From positions 1,488,001-1,552,000 of the forward strand of contig VJWM01000011.1 in assembly GCA_010909165.1 (NCBI GenBank): a stretch of DNA of 64,000 nucleotides, written 5' to 3'. How positions within the stretch are numbered: the first letter of the stretch is position 1; each line of letters opens with the position of its first letter. This DNA is from Anthoceros angustus. Lineage: Eukaryota > Plantae > Anthocerotophyta. A program made the translations under genes and the position numbers. This document shows positions 11,850 through 25,060 of the stretch, piece by piece. Below the pieces are notes generated by a model that saw only the letters and a list, made by a program, of their open reading frames with translations, had not been told where the DNA came from and ran no database searches.

Positions 11850-13802
11850 GAAGGGGAAGCTGCTTCATACACAAATTTAAGGAGGACGACACGAAACTGA
11901 TATGCTCGTAGCCAATGGTTTGGTGAACATGTATTTAATGTGTGGTAGCTTGGAAGACGATTGAGGAGTATTTGATGCACTCGGGACAAAAGATGTGGTG
12001 ACGTGGAATACCACGATATCTCTGTATTCCCAGCAGGACAAGGGCCAAGAAGCGCTTCATCTTTACAGCGGTATGCAAGGCAGGGCCGGATACTATGACA
12101 TTTCTGTCCCTACTGTAGGCATGTGGAAACGTGGGATCCCCAGCTTTGGAGAAGGGGAAGCAGCTTGATGTGCAGATCAGAGAACGAGGCTATCAAGCTG
12201 ATGTGTTTATAGGAAGCAGTTTGGTAAGCATGCACGCAAAGTGTGGCAGCTTACAGGATGCTCAGAGAGTGTTCCATGGGCTTGGTGAAAAAAATGTGGT
12301 GACTTGGAATGCCATTATAGCAGGGTATTCCCAACATTTCGGGCCATGGGCCAGGATGCCCTTCAGGTGTACAGTGCTATGCAAGAAGATGGCATGGCAG
12401 TACCAAGTGCTGTGACGTTTGTGTGCTTCGTAAAGGCGTGTGCAAGTGTGGGCAGCCCAGCGTTGGAGAAGGGGAAGAAGCTTCATTTGCAAATCAGACA
12501 GCAAGGGTTTGAAGGTAATGTGGTTGTTGGCAACAGTTTGGTAACATGTATGGAAAGTGTGGCAGCCTGGCATACGCTCAGGATGTATTTGATGGACTTT
12601 GTGAAAAGAACGTGGTGTCATGGAATGCCAGATTGCAGGGTATTCCCAGCAGAACATGGGTCAGGAAGCCCTTCGTCTCTACTATACCATGCCACAAGAT
12701 GGCTCCGTAGCACCGGATTCTGTAACATTCGCGTGCCTCCTGCAGGCATGTGCAGGCATGGGCACCCCAGCTTTGGAGAATTGGGTAAGCAGCTTCACGA
12801 AAAGATTAGAGTAGGAGGACATGACGATGATGTATTTGTAGCCAGCAGCTTGGTAAACAAGTATGGAAAGTGTGGCTGCCTGGAGGATGAGGAGAGAGAC
12901 GGTCTCGGTCACAAGAATGTGGTGACATGGAATGCCATGATAGCAGGGTATTCCCAGCAGGGCATGGGCCAGGAAGCCCTTCGTGTCTACAGTGCTACGC
13001 AAGAAGGTGGTATCGCTGTATCGAATTCCGTGACGTTTATGTGCCTCCTGCAGGCATGTGCGAATGTGGCAGCGTTGGATCTTGGAAGGCAACTGCATGC
13101 AGAGGTTCAACAACAGGGGGAGGCTGATGTGTCCGTTGGTGGCAGCCTAATAAACATGTATGGCAAGTGTGGGAGCATGGTTGATGCACAGGGGGTGTTT
13201 GATGCGGTGTCTGAAGGGGACGTCGTCTCCTGGAGTGCACTGATTGCAGGCTACACCTATCAGGGAGACAGTGAAGTGGTCTTTGACTTGGTTCAGCGCA
13301 TGAGAGACGATGGCGTGCCCCCAGCCGCCATCACATTCCTCAGCGTACTAACGGTATGGAGTCATGTGGGTCTAGTGAACAAGGGGAGACAGTACTTCGA
13401 TGCCATGACCAGAGAGAATGGCGTCAGCCCCACGGTGGAGCACTACACTTGCTTGGTGGGTCTCCTGGGCCGTACAGGCCAACTGGGTGAGGCACTGGCT
13501 TTGGCAAGGACAATGCCTGTACTGCCCAATGCTGCAGTTTGGCATACATTGTTGGGTGCTTGTCGAAAGTGAAGCAACGTGGAGGAGGGATACTATATGC
13601 TTTTAATGAAGCCCTGAAGCTAGACGAGAAATATGCCGCAGCATATGTATTCATGTCAGGCGTATACACGGGTGCCCAGATATGGGATCAGGCAAAGGAA
13701 ATGCAGTCAAGGAGAATGAGAATCGGCGCATGGAAGCAGGCAGGTCAGAGCTGGTGGGCAGACATGGACGGACGGGTGCATAGTTTTTTGGTCGGGGGAT
13801 AA
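11850..13802 (+). pseudogene. PLS-class PPR protein with E/E+ domain (WW-type PG box), with frameshifts and stops
   Basis: Repeated SLVNMYGKCGSLEDA...VF...KNVVTWNAMIAGYSQQG motifs. E domain [17 protein letters not shown]...WHTLLGAC. E+ KQAGQSWWADMDGRVHSFLVG followed by a stop; no DYW domain. Confidence 0.85.
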
Positions 13803-14049
13803 GACTGAAAACGCAAACGGGTGGGTATGAACCGAATCATCTGTACAAGTGTTATGTAGGCCACGCAAATTTTCCCAGCTGTTGTGTGGTGATTGTGAGA
13901 GTGAATTCCCGACATCCAGGTCTTTATCGATGCCCCTGTGCTGTTTCAGGATTGGAGTTGAAACCTCTGCATCCAATTGCAGAAGTAGAGACCCGTAACA
14001 GTCATGGTGCAGATCCTACGAACAGGTGGATCAAAACATAGTGTGACTG

Positions 14050-14425
14050 CATGCTGCCATCAGTCTTGTCTGTATCGATGCGATTCTATGGAATCCGAGG
14101 TACGAGAGCCCATTCTAGTATGCTCACGTACTACGGCATCACCCCCACGGCGCAGCACTACAAAGACATGGGAGATCTCCCGGGCCGTGCAGGCCGACTG
14201 GATGAGGCTCTACAGACACAAGGCTCGGCAAAGTCAATGCGTGTACTTGTACTTCCTGATGCTGCAATTTGGCAGACTTTGTTGGGTGCGTCTCGAAAGT
14301 TCGAAAGTGGAGCAACTTTGAGCGTCCCAGCAAGACAAGAAAGATGCGGCAGCGTCTCTGCTCATGTCAAACCTGTACCGGTGCCCAGGTGTAGGAGCCG
14401 GAACAACAGATGCCGGCATGGATGA
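14050..14425 (+). pseudogene. PPR E-domain fragment
   Basis: [27 protein letters not shown]...LPDAAIWQTLLGASR. Confidence 0.65.
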
Positions 14426-15073
14426 GGAGCTCCCCCCAAGAGTCAAGCAATGTTGAACTCGATTCATCTTTGCCAAGATAAAGAAGCAAGGGAATCTATA
14501 TGCCCTCAGACAAACCTGATCATGCACCTAGTTACTGGTGCGGACAAACCACAAACCTGGGCATTGAGGCGTTGCTGCATCGTTACGGCATCCTCGTCGG
14601 CTTTAGCTTACACGCGTCACGCAGCCACCCTCCGCCACAAATCGCAGACGCGCACGCGTCCTACCACATGGGCTACTACTATACTGCACAGTCTACCATG
14701 GCATAGCACCAGAAATTCGGTCTCAGCAACTACACATGCTTCTGCAGTATACAGACCTGATCGACGGAATCGAGCAGCAGATCGTCGTCGTCGACTGCAC
14801 AGTCCACCAGCAGTCTACCAATAATTTGGTGGACTGTGTACCTTCCCACGGTGAGACCTGTGCAGTCAGTGTGATGAGTCAGCATGAATCTAGATCTGAT
14901 GTGAAGACCAGGGGCAGGCAAGTCCCGCACCTCCAGGCTGGTCTTTCTAGAGCTGGCCTCCTGATACAGCAGCATTCTTGACAAAGCAAATATATACATC
15001 TCTCATCCTTCAGCGCCCACAGCCAGCATTGAGCATTTCAACTTGTGGGTGCAGCAGCGTTGCGCGCGAGGCC

Positions 15074-15673
15074 ATGACGAGCCCAGCCTCTCTTCTCCTC
15101 CCCTCCCTCCTCGTCCTCGCCTTGAGCGGATCGTGGGTTCCGACGGCCTGGGCGGGCAAGCACCACAAGCTCAAGCCCAGCCCGAAGCACGAGAAGTTCC
15201 AGGAACTCAACTTCTTCCTGCACGACGATCTGTTGGTGTCCAACGCCAGCGCCTTCTTCATTGTACCTCCCCTGGCGGGCATCCCCAAACAGTTTTCCCT
15301 GGAAGGGAAGGCGTTCTTTGGCGGCGTGGTGGTGATCGACGACCGCTTGACGGAGGGCCCCGACCCCGCCTCCAAGCAAATCGGCCAGGCCAAGGGATTC
15401 TACGTGTGGGACAGCCTGGTGGGCGGCCCTGCCTTGGAGTTCGTCTTCACCGCGGTCTTCAACGATGACAGCGGATTCGCCCCGGGCACCACTTTGTCTT
15501 ACCGCGGCCACGACGACCTTCCTGCCGAGGTGCGGGAGATCGCCATCGTCGGAGGCACCGGGGACTTCAGGCTCGCCCGAGGCTGGGCCCAGTTCTCCGT
15601 CACCAAGGCTGTCCAGTTCACCGCCGTCCTCAATTTCACCTCGTCCGTCTTCTACGGTGGTTATCGATCGTGA
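15074..15673 (+). CDS. DIR: Dirigent protein (secreted, 199 aa, intronless)
   Basis: Signal peptide LLLPSLLVLALSGSWVPTAWA; motifs LNFFLHD, FGGVVVIDDRLTEGP, IGQAKGFY and REIAIVGGTGDFRLARGWA; high GC3. Confidence 0.93.
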   Translation: MTSPASLLLPSLLVLALSGSWVPTAWAGKHHKLKPSPKHEKFQELNFFLHDDLLVSNASAFFIVPPLAGIPKQFSLEGKAFFGGVVVIDDRLTEGPDPASKQIGQAKGFYVWDSLVGGPALEFVFTAVFNDDSGFAPGTTLSYRGHDDLPAEVREIAIVGGTGDFRLARGWAQFSVTKAVQFTAVLNFTSSVFYGGYRS

Positions 15674-17079
15674 GTCGTGAATCGACCAGTTCCCATTGAT
15701 ACAGCCTTTGTAGTGTGTAGTACCAGTTTCGAAATGATTGCTGAGTCAGCTGAGATTGATGTTTGTGATCTGCAGTTTGATGACTCTGGATGAATCCTCT
15801 GGCTTCATTGCAGTTGGAGGAAAGCAGGCAAGCTTGAATCTCCTTGTAGTAGGATTGGATGAGAGCTAGGTAGATCCATATGCAGCCCAGAGAAGGGCGA
15901 ATGTGCAACCCACGTTGGAGAGCATTGTTGCATTTGTCATGCTTGAAAGTTTGAAGTCATGTTGCAGCCGGGAAGCTTGGTGTCATATCACCTTCTTCCG
16001 CATTGACCAGGCCCCGTAGAATGGCAGCATGCACTTGTTGTCTGACGTTCACAAGTAGACGAGCGGGTTCTGCGCTGTACAGTCCACTCTCCACGGGTCC
16101 CAGCTCCCAGGTGAGCAGCCTTTGCGCGTTGTTGCCTCCAAGTCTTCTCCTCGCGGTCCTGGTGCAGATATGATCAAGTATGTGACTAGATTCTATGCAC
16201 TTCAGAAGCTACCTCCTGCAGTGCAGCTGGGATGTTAAAAAACTTAGGGAGGAATTGTGGAAAGCGGGCCTGGCCGAGCCCCACAAGCCTGACATGGGCT
16301 GCCGACCAATGTTACGCTTACCACGCTGCCGGATCTGGAGGGCGCGAGAGACATTGTTACTGTCAGCCTAGAGGCTGCAGCCTGTGGGCCTCCAGACTAG
16401 TTTGTGATGAGAGTGAAGCTGCTGGCCCGGCCCCTGCATTTCCAGAGCTCCAGGCTGGTGCGTACCTCACTCGCACACATGTCGCCTCCCTACAAAAAGC
16501 CCACAAATGTTGCAGGATCTAGGTGGGCCTTGTTCTACATTGCGTACAGTATGCGCAGTGCTTGCGGGCCCATCCCCTGCCAGGATCCCAGTTCACACGT
16601 TCGCACTCCATACGTAGAACATCTTCGGACCCAAGCGCATTTTGCTCCTACACTTTCATCCGCCCCGATGTCACAACATCTGCGCATCCCTTCATCCACC
16701 ATTCCTTTGTGGCATGGGTATGAGATATTGGGGTTAGCTGCCCGCGTGGTGTGTGTCTTTTTCGATAGTGTAGATGTCTTTTCTAGGATTGTGTTTGCTA
16801 GTTTGCAGCCAAAGTTGAAAAAGAACTGAGTGATAAAGATTTACATATCTTTTTTATTATTTTTATGTGTCAGTCTACATTGATTCGTAAGCGTAATTGG
16901 CACGTAGAAATAATTTAAGTAGTAACTTATAAGTTTAATTATGAAGTAAATTATACAAGTATAAATTTTCGAAGAGAATCTCTGTATATAAAGTCCCACA
17001 CGTTCAAATAGTGAGCTGAACTTGAATAGTAAGCTTAAGTGGAATGTAAATAGCCAACCTATTCAATAATGAAATGGTA

Positions 17080-17880
17080 AGCTAAATTCATTTATGAGAT
17101 TCTTGTAGTTGGGTCAAACAAAAGTAAAATTCCATAAAAATATTTTTCTCATTCATTTAAGAATTGGTAGTAACGTGTCACACCATAAATAAATCTCTTG
17201 TCGTTACATACATGCACGTAGATTTTCTATGCTTTAAAAGTTTTTCAAGAAGAAGAAGAATTCTATTTCAAGGGAAACTTGTATCCCTCTAGATGGCGAT
17301 ATTCTAGAATCTCAATTATCTAACTTGTTAATCCGGTAATTCGTAGGTCTTGTATAGAGATATAAGTTGTGCGAAAGCGGTATGCTAGCTGTGGGTTTGA
17401 GTGGAAGTGAACATCTCTTTGTTGCGCGATTTGCAACCTTTCATGATTCAACCTTGAGTAAAGACGTGTGTTGCGTTCTATCGAAATTCATCTCAAAGTC
17501 TTGAGTTCAAAACATGGCAATTAACAAGAAATAATATTGCATCGGGGCCTGTAGTTTTGCTAGGCGCAGCTTTTATCGTTGTCACTGTAGCTATATACTT
17601 GGCCAGCACGCACGAGGCGCACAAGTTCCAGTGGTAACAAGCCCTAAACCCATTTGAAGCCATTCTCCATGAACAGAGTGCTACTACAAAATTTGTCAAT
17701 ATCGGCACCTAATTCATTCATAGGCACAGAAATTGTGAAGCATCGTGTGGACTCCTCGTTTCATGTCCTTTTAATAAAGTCAGCACATCCAGGCAATACA
17801 AGACTATTGACGAATCAACCTTATGTTGTTTGGGATGGTGAGATAGTGACATCTAACCTGACTCGATGTTTGACCCGTTT
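17080..17880. repeat. Dispersed non-coding repeat related to 25810-26190
   Basis: Direct matches 17581-17643 ~ 25818-25876 and 17785-17878 ~ 26090-26185; inverted match 17669-17732 ~ 25920-25986. Confidence 0.6.
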
Positions 17881-19555
17881 GCACCCTAAACTTAAAAGAT
17901 GCATTTTTAACTTAAAATACATACAATATGTTATTTGGGTGAAAAATATGTTATGAGTTTGAGGGTCGAACGTAGAAGGAAAGAAATGATTTAAAAAATT
18001 AGAAAAATATGAAATAAATTAATTTACAAATAATATAATGTATAGTTTAACTGATATAATTTTCATTAAATTAATTAAAATTTTAAGGAAATGAAATTTA
18101 TGTAAGATTTGTAAGGAACTCTGGCTTGATATAAGCCAAATATATTAAAACTGCGAGCAAGGGATTGCCCGATCTAGTGAGGGCATGGTCATTACCCTTA
18201 TCAATGCCTAAAGAACAGAATCACACATACACCAAAGTAATTAGTACATCCACATGATTATATTAAGAGTCTCTCAATCATCATAATCGACATCAAAACC
18301 TCTAAGGTGAAATGAAGCAACTTCTTTTATGGTGGCTACGAAGTGCTGGCTACATTTTGGTAAAAATATGTAGGGCTACATAAGTACAACAATGACCTTG
18401 GTGTTATCGAAAACTTTCCTTAATTTGACTTAATTTTGGTGTAGAAAAGTTCCCTTCTTCGGAAAGTATGCTATAGGAAAGTTTGGCATAGGAAACTTCC
18501 CTTCTTAAGGAATGTTTGGTGTAAGAAACTTCCCATCTCGAGGAAAGTTTTAGAAGCTATTTTATTTAATAATAATGGGCTAGATATGGATATTACTACA
18601 TACTTCTCAGGTTGTAAGAATTGGTAGTAACATGTGACACTATAAATTAACTCTCAGTCCTTCTGTACATGCACAATGTTTTAGGACTCTTTCAACAGAA
18701 ACTGGTAGGTCCTCTATAAACAAAGATATTTTAAAATCTCAATAATATAACTTGTTAATATACTGCTTTGCATAGGTTATTCTGCTACAAAGCTCTAAGA
18801 TATCATTATAATCAATTGCCTTGCTGACTTTGTAAGACTATACATTTCATTTGAGTTTTCATCTCCATATCTTCAACTATATACTACTTCTTTCAAGATT
18901 TTTTAATTTCATAGCTCTATTTCACAGAATCTCAGGAAAGTTATCAGTATTTGGAGGTAGTTCGAACATGATGAGTGGGTTTTTACAAATTCCAAGACAT
19001 TGTCATCTGAAGGTCATATACAATTCAATCAAAAGACCAAATCCAAAAGTTATATGTAATCTAATAAAAAGAGTAGGAACTAAATTAAAGAGAGCAAATC
19101 CAAAGGCCATATATAATTTAATTAAAAGAACGAGAAAACATGGAATATGTAAGAAGACGAAGACAGTTTATGAATATGTGGAAGAAGACTATTCTCAAGA
19201 AGAGTTGACTATAGAACATTTCGTCAATTTTGAAGTTAAAAGATCCGTTCAGACGACAGAGTATTATAATGAACAAATACGACATACATCTGCCCAGGTA
19301 TAACTTTTCTTTTCCATTTTTATTATTTAGTAACTCAACATAAAATTTAAGTCATGGATGGAGTTTTTTGTTTGCTCAAACAAATCCAACTTAGCTAGGT
19401 TTTATTTTACAGAAAAAAATAGCCAGGTTTTTGTTTGGGTGTGTGTACATAACCGGAATGAGGGTGGGATTAAGTCCAGGAAGAATCATATTAGGGAAGG
19501 GGGCGACTGACTACCTTGGGTAGTATTGTGTGAGAGTGATTGGGGAGCGGTGTGG

Positions 19556-21515
19556 ATGGCATCGGAATTGGAGGAGCTTGTAGCCTTCTTGTCGTCGCCC
19601 TCGCCGCAGGTTGCAGTCGTGAATGCTGAAATGGCAGTGGGGAAGTGTCTGTTGGGGGTTGCTTGCTCGGGGTTCGTGCCCGCCCGACCCGCCGCATGCC
19701 GGATGCGGATTGAAGGCTTGTTGGATGAGGCAGACAGAGTGTGGCAACCCGGCAGTGGAAGCTGTGCGGTGGGGATGGGTGATGGAAATTTTACTTGCAT
19801 CATGGTGAACAGGTTCGGAAAACTGCGCTGGGCATCGTACAAGGTTACACCGGGACAGACGAGGGTATTCGACTTTTGGGCTGCACGATTACCTCGCTGA
19901 TTCCGCCTCTGCGGGTAGCGCTTGGAGATGAAGACATGGTAGAGACTGAAACCCTGGTTTGGCAGCTGGTTGCAGCTCCTGTGCTTTTTCGCGGAGGTAG
20001 GTGAATAGTGACTTGTTTGTTGCCGGAGCAGGACGTGGCTAAGGTGGCAGCCGGCAGTCTTGTCAACTTGTCTCAAGACTCCAGATTCACGGAGGTGATG
20101 GTGGCCGAGGGCGTCGTTGAGCGGGTTATGGAGCTCATCTTCCAGCCGCAGCGGGCTCCAGTGGCCCGGCTGTATGTGATGCTGCTTGTGAATTTGAGCC
20201 ACATTGAGAAGGGAGCCTCCATTGTGCTGCAGGTGAGAGATTTGTGAGTGGTTCCCTTCGCTGTCATGTGTGACTGTCCTACGTCGGCTTTTGAAACCAA
20301 GTTAGAACTTCATGGCGTGACTTCCTCGTGATTTGTTGGAAAGGTTACCCTGATGACTCCTCCTCAATTTTGTACATGCAGGCCGCAGACCAAAAGCTGG
20401 CAGGCTTGTTTGTGAGCCAGTTGGTGAGGACATTCAGCATGTATTCAAAGGATGAGGACGGTGAGCTTTGCGCTTGTGCCACTCAGACAATGAGAAGCTT
20501 CATTTGCTGGTACAGAGCACGTGCTTAGTGAGTGACTGTGACTTATTTTTGGTTGATGCTTGCTACAGTTGAAGACAGGTATGAGCATGTGCCAGCAGTT
20601 CTTCTAAATCTGACGACGATTCCCTTGGGATGCGAGCTTTTCCTAGACAGGAAGAGGGGACTGCTTAAAATGCTTTTGCGCCACAAGGATGCCAAGAGCA
20701 TAATCCGGAAGAAGGGGGTATAGCCATCACTAATACACTTCTGCATGATTTGCACATGTAGGTTTTTGGGCTGTATCGGTCTGCAAGCATCTTTTAAGTG
20801 GTACTGGTCATGCAGGTGACAGGTCTGATTAGAAATTGCTGCTTTGAGGTTGACAATCATCTCTCCAGCTTGCTAGAAGTTTCCCAGTTTCTTTGGCCTG
20901 CTCTATTGTTGCCTCTGGCCGGAAGTCAGGTATAGTGTTACTGCCAGTAACTTTGGTCTTAGGCCCTGCTTGATTGATGGCTCACTTCCATGAACGTTGT
21001 GTCGTATCTAACCAGATCTTTCCAGAGGAGGACACAAGTAACATGCCACCTGAGCTAGCAGTCCCCTTGTCCATGGAACGTGAAGCAGAAAAGGATCCCC
21101 AAATACGCTTGGAGGCTGCAGAGTCCATCTATTTGATAGTTCAGAAGGTGCCTCATTGTCGCAATGTCTTATGCTTTACACAGTGGGGAAATTTAAGGAA
21201 GTCCTCATGACGCGTTTTAAGTACTGAATATGCAGGAGGAAGGAAAACAGGCATTTCAGTCGGTGAATGGACCGAGAATAGTTCAGCGGGGTTATGAAGA
21301 TGAAGCCGATCCCGAAGTCTGCAGCGCTTTAGAAAGGTTGGGGTCCCTGGTGAGTGAAATTGTGAGTACTTTCTGTCTATGCATGGATTAACATCTCTCT
21401 CCAAGATGTAACATTCGTTATACCTCCTGTTGCGCAGGCGTTGGACCTTCTACAGGAGAAGCATGGGATTTGCGAACAAATTGACAACGAGGCTGGTGAC
21501 GAAGGAGACCAGTGA
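19556..21515 (+). CDS. HGH1: HGH1/FAM203 homolog (ARM-repeat eEF2 chaperone), about 9 exons
   Basis: MASELEELVAFLSSPSPQ|VRKTALGIVQGYTGT...SLVNLSQD...VMLLVNLS...IRNCCFE...LWPALLLPLAG...MPPEL...EREAEKDPQIR...GYEDEADPEV, with GT-AG introns. Confidence 0.9.
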
Positions 21516-22258
21516 CCGTAGGATAGGCCAAGGATATGGCTGAGTCCTAGCGAATTATGTATTCCGACAGGAGTGTCCCCTGGAGCGAGTCATCATCTGT
21601 ATAGGCACTGACCCGACAGTGGGACTTCAGCTGGAAAGCGGTGGTAGTGCAGCCCTCTGTATTAATGATGTAGCAGATTTCTATTCACAGCAAGAGCTGT
21701 ATAAGGTCAAGCCTGAAACACTATACCGGTGGTAAACAGTGTAGGTATTGTAGAGTAGTATGTTACATAAAGTCCCTGATATGTGCAACATATACAAGCA
21801 TCAGCCTCTCTATGAGACAGCCCCTGTCGGCCAATGGTAATAACTGGACGTCTCGTTCTCTTCGTTTCGTGATAGAGAACGGACAGAAAACGGGATACTC
21901 TCAGTAACGTCCAAAGAGCTTTGAGTGCACGCTGATCTATCGCGAAAGGTTCTTGTGGTGAGTCAAACCAAAAACATGGCTTGCAAAAATCTGTTAGTGG
22001 AAATGAAAGTTTCGCAAGATATGAAACTCCGTTTCCGGTTTCCGGCCGTTGCCTCTCGGTCACGCGCTTCAGTTAGTTAGGTACACCATGTGGGACTTAG
22101 CGTTGGTTACCGGGACCCGGGTTTATCGAAAACCAACCTATATTATAAATATGATGCGTGAATTACTTCAAATTTGACAACTGGGGAACTCCAGGATGGA
22201 AATGCTTGCCGATAGAACTCACCAGTCGACGCGTCACACATATCCTGTGAATTGGCGG

Positions 22259-24050
22259 CTAAGTACTTGCATATGGAAGCAATGGTGCTGTGAGGCCAGC
22301 TTCTGGTGGTGCCGCTCGTCTTGTTGATTTCTCCAAATCAGGGATTTCCTCTGCCGTTAGATTCTCTTCCAGGGGAGTTCCCTTTAATTCTGGAGTCGAG
22401 GACTGAATCTGTAGAGCAATATTTCGACCCCAAGTGACGAGGTACAGGCCCATCACTATCCCAGCCCCCCCGAGAATGCTGTTCATGCATGCAGAGAATG
22501 AGTAATCGTCCATGTTTTGATTAGTTTGAATACAAACAAGTAACGAGGACGACCAACCTGCCAAAATATAATGTGTCGCCGAGTAAGATCACGGCCAGAG
22601 ATAATGCAATCAAGCATTGGAGGGGAGTGCACGCTGCTGTGAGGAGGGGCCCTCCCATCCGGATACACCATGCTTGAAGGGTGTATCCAAAGCCAGAAGA
22701 TATTAGGCCCTGGATCAAGAATCACGGATGACTTTAGTGATCCACCAGTAGGCGAAGGAACGGCAAAAATGATCAAGGTCCTGGACTCACCGAATAGGCA
22801 ACGGCTAGTAGAGGTAATCCCCCTTGCAGAGTCCAGAGAGAAAGATCTCTCTCCACCAAAATTGCTGCGCCTCCAAATTGCATTGCCCCAAATAAGTAAG
22901 TGAACGCCAGAATTGTGAGCGGTGCCGGATAGTCCTGTTGAATCGGAACCTGCAGGCGATAAAACATTTCACTGACGACGTCCTAGCTTATAGATGTGCC
23001 GAAGGCCGAACTCAGCTTCTCATTACTAACCTGCAAAGTGAGATATGTAGCCCACAAGACGCTGCTCATGATGCAAAGCAACGCACCGACTTGCCAGTCA
23101 CTCCAGCCTGTGGCCTGCGAGTTTACCCACTGAGCAAGGGGAGTGCCGTCCACATTCAACTGCATAGTCTCCAAAATCGGCTCATAATCAGCCAAATTAA
23201 GCCCATTTTGCCACAAGCCCGAGCTTGGATGCCCTACGAGGTGCGGGCCCTTGTATATGGTCATGGTTACCGCTCCCGACATACATAAGATTGTGCCGAT
23301 GACTTTTGCCAGACCGTCCCGTTTTCGTATGTGCACCTGCTCCACTCTGCATCAAACCTTGTCAGATAAACGTATGTAGCAAAAAAAGTGCAGATCCTTC
23401 AATCCAACTGCTGCTGGCGCGGCTCAGGCTGCCGGCACGTACGCGTGAGCATATGCTCACCCCATGGCAGCTGCCACGATGAAAGTGAACACCGGAACAG
23501 AGTTCTGAATTGCTGCTGCGAGTGCCGAGGAGGAGGACCCGGCTCCCGCCAAGAAGAGGGATTGTGCAGCAAAAAGCCTGAAAACGAGGACGGTGAGGAT
23601 GGAAGAAGTAAACCAGTCGATCACTATCAACGCTACGACATTTCTACCAGGAAGCTTTGTGCAACAGAAATTGAATGTGGACGATGGTCTCACCCGACGA
23701 ACGACAGCACAAGGAATTTAAGCACTAATTCCAGAGTAAGGGGAGGCCGTGTCTTCCTGCAGAGCACACAATTGAAAGGAGCAGACCACTTCATTTTCAG
23801 AAACTTTTACTCATACAAACACATGATCAAAATTAGGGGCCCCAAAGGAAGCTAACAATCACCTTTCAAAAATCTGCGCAGCAGGAATAAGCAACGTCAG
23901 AGCAAAGAGACTCCTATAGAAGGAGAAGACGAAAAAGCTAACGCCATGGTTGAGAGCCACTCGAGACAGTATCTGGTATCCAGCAAACATCGCTTGGAGA
24001 ACAATGAGGCCAAATGGTAGCCGGATTCTCCTCAGCCAGGATGTCTCCAT
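22259..24050 (-). CDS. WAT1-related / UMAMIT (EamA, MtN21) transporter, multi-exon
   Basis: LQAMFAGYQILSRVALNHGVSFFVFSFYR...AAAIQNSVPVFTFIVAAAMG|VEQVHIR...AKVIGT...YKGP...YPAPLT...QAWCIRMGGPL...GSILGG...GLYLVTWG, with GT-AG introns. Confidence 0.92.
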
Positions 24051-24921
24051 CCTTGCTCCTGGAAATGCCACCACAATGCCAACTCCTGTCCCGGATCAGG
24101 TCTTTGCTCAAAGCGTCATCGGTGCTCAATCGCGCTGTCACCTGAATTCCAGCTGCAGTCCTTGAAGCTCCTCAATTCATATTAGGGGAACCTTGGTCTA
24201 GTGCCACAACGGTGATCAAGTCCCTGCGAAGCAACAAGATAGTGTCAAGCTATCAAAATTCAGCACAACACGAGGACAAAAGTAATACCAGGTCAGGCGA
24301 GCAGTCCAAGCTCAAAGCAGGCACCTGTCCTCACGACTTTTCAGCGGAGGCCAGGATAAGCGACGGGTGCAAATTAACAGCACAACGTCGTGGAGCTGGA
24401 TGCCAGGCATCGGCGCAAAAGGAGAGCTGCTGCAGTGTACAAAATTGATTTGGCGGAAACTGTGATCAATACGGTCGTTGGAAGGCCGAGGAAAGGAGGA
24501 AGCAACGACGCCAGCCGTTTTTAACAGGATCTGAATGTAGCAGGGGGAGGCACTATACGAGGAGTCGCACCGTTGGCCTACCGGTAACACGAAAGCCGAC
24601 CGTGAGCTCGGAAGACGGACATTTGTCCAAAGCAGCTGATGGAGCGCCACCCTTTGCGCGGCGCGTCTAGGTTTTTCACTCACACAGTAGTCAAGGAGTA
24701 AGAGAGGCGCCGCGTGATGTACAAAATTTTGATGTAGGCACTTATCTAGTTCGAGAAAAGTTACAGGGGTAGTTTTGCGATACGGGAGATCGCGGGGCTT
24801 GTCCCTATGGCCTTGGCCAAGTGCCCTCCGTAGGGTTGTTTCCCTTTGTCTAGGGGTAGATGGGATTTCTCAATCTTTTTATTCTTATATTTTTTATTTT
24901 ATGAGATTATAATTTATGATC

Positions 24922-25060
24922 GCAAGGTAGGCTAATCAAACAAATGGGGCTAATTAAATTGAAGGCTGGCAAGGTAGGCTAATCAAACAAATGGGGCTAA
25001 TTAAATTGAAGGCTAGCAAGGTAGGCTAATCAAACAAATGGGGCTAATTAAATCGAAGGT
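24922..25060. repeat. Tandem repeat, ~46-47 bp x3
   Basis: GCAAGGTAGGCTAATCAAACAAATGGGGCTAATTAAATTGAAGGCT unit. Confidence 0.9.

Noticed and set aside
14450-14999. Short ORFs between the PPR and dirigent genes as a possible DYW remnant
   Set aside because: No HSEKLA or CxxCH motifs were found in the translated ORFs.
18851-19303. 150-aa ORF
   Set aside because: AT-rich, starts at TTG, contains internal short repeats and has no recognisable domain.
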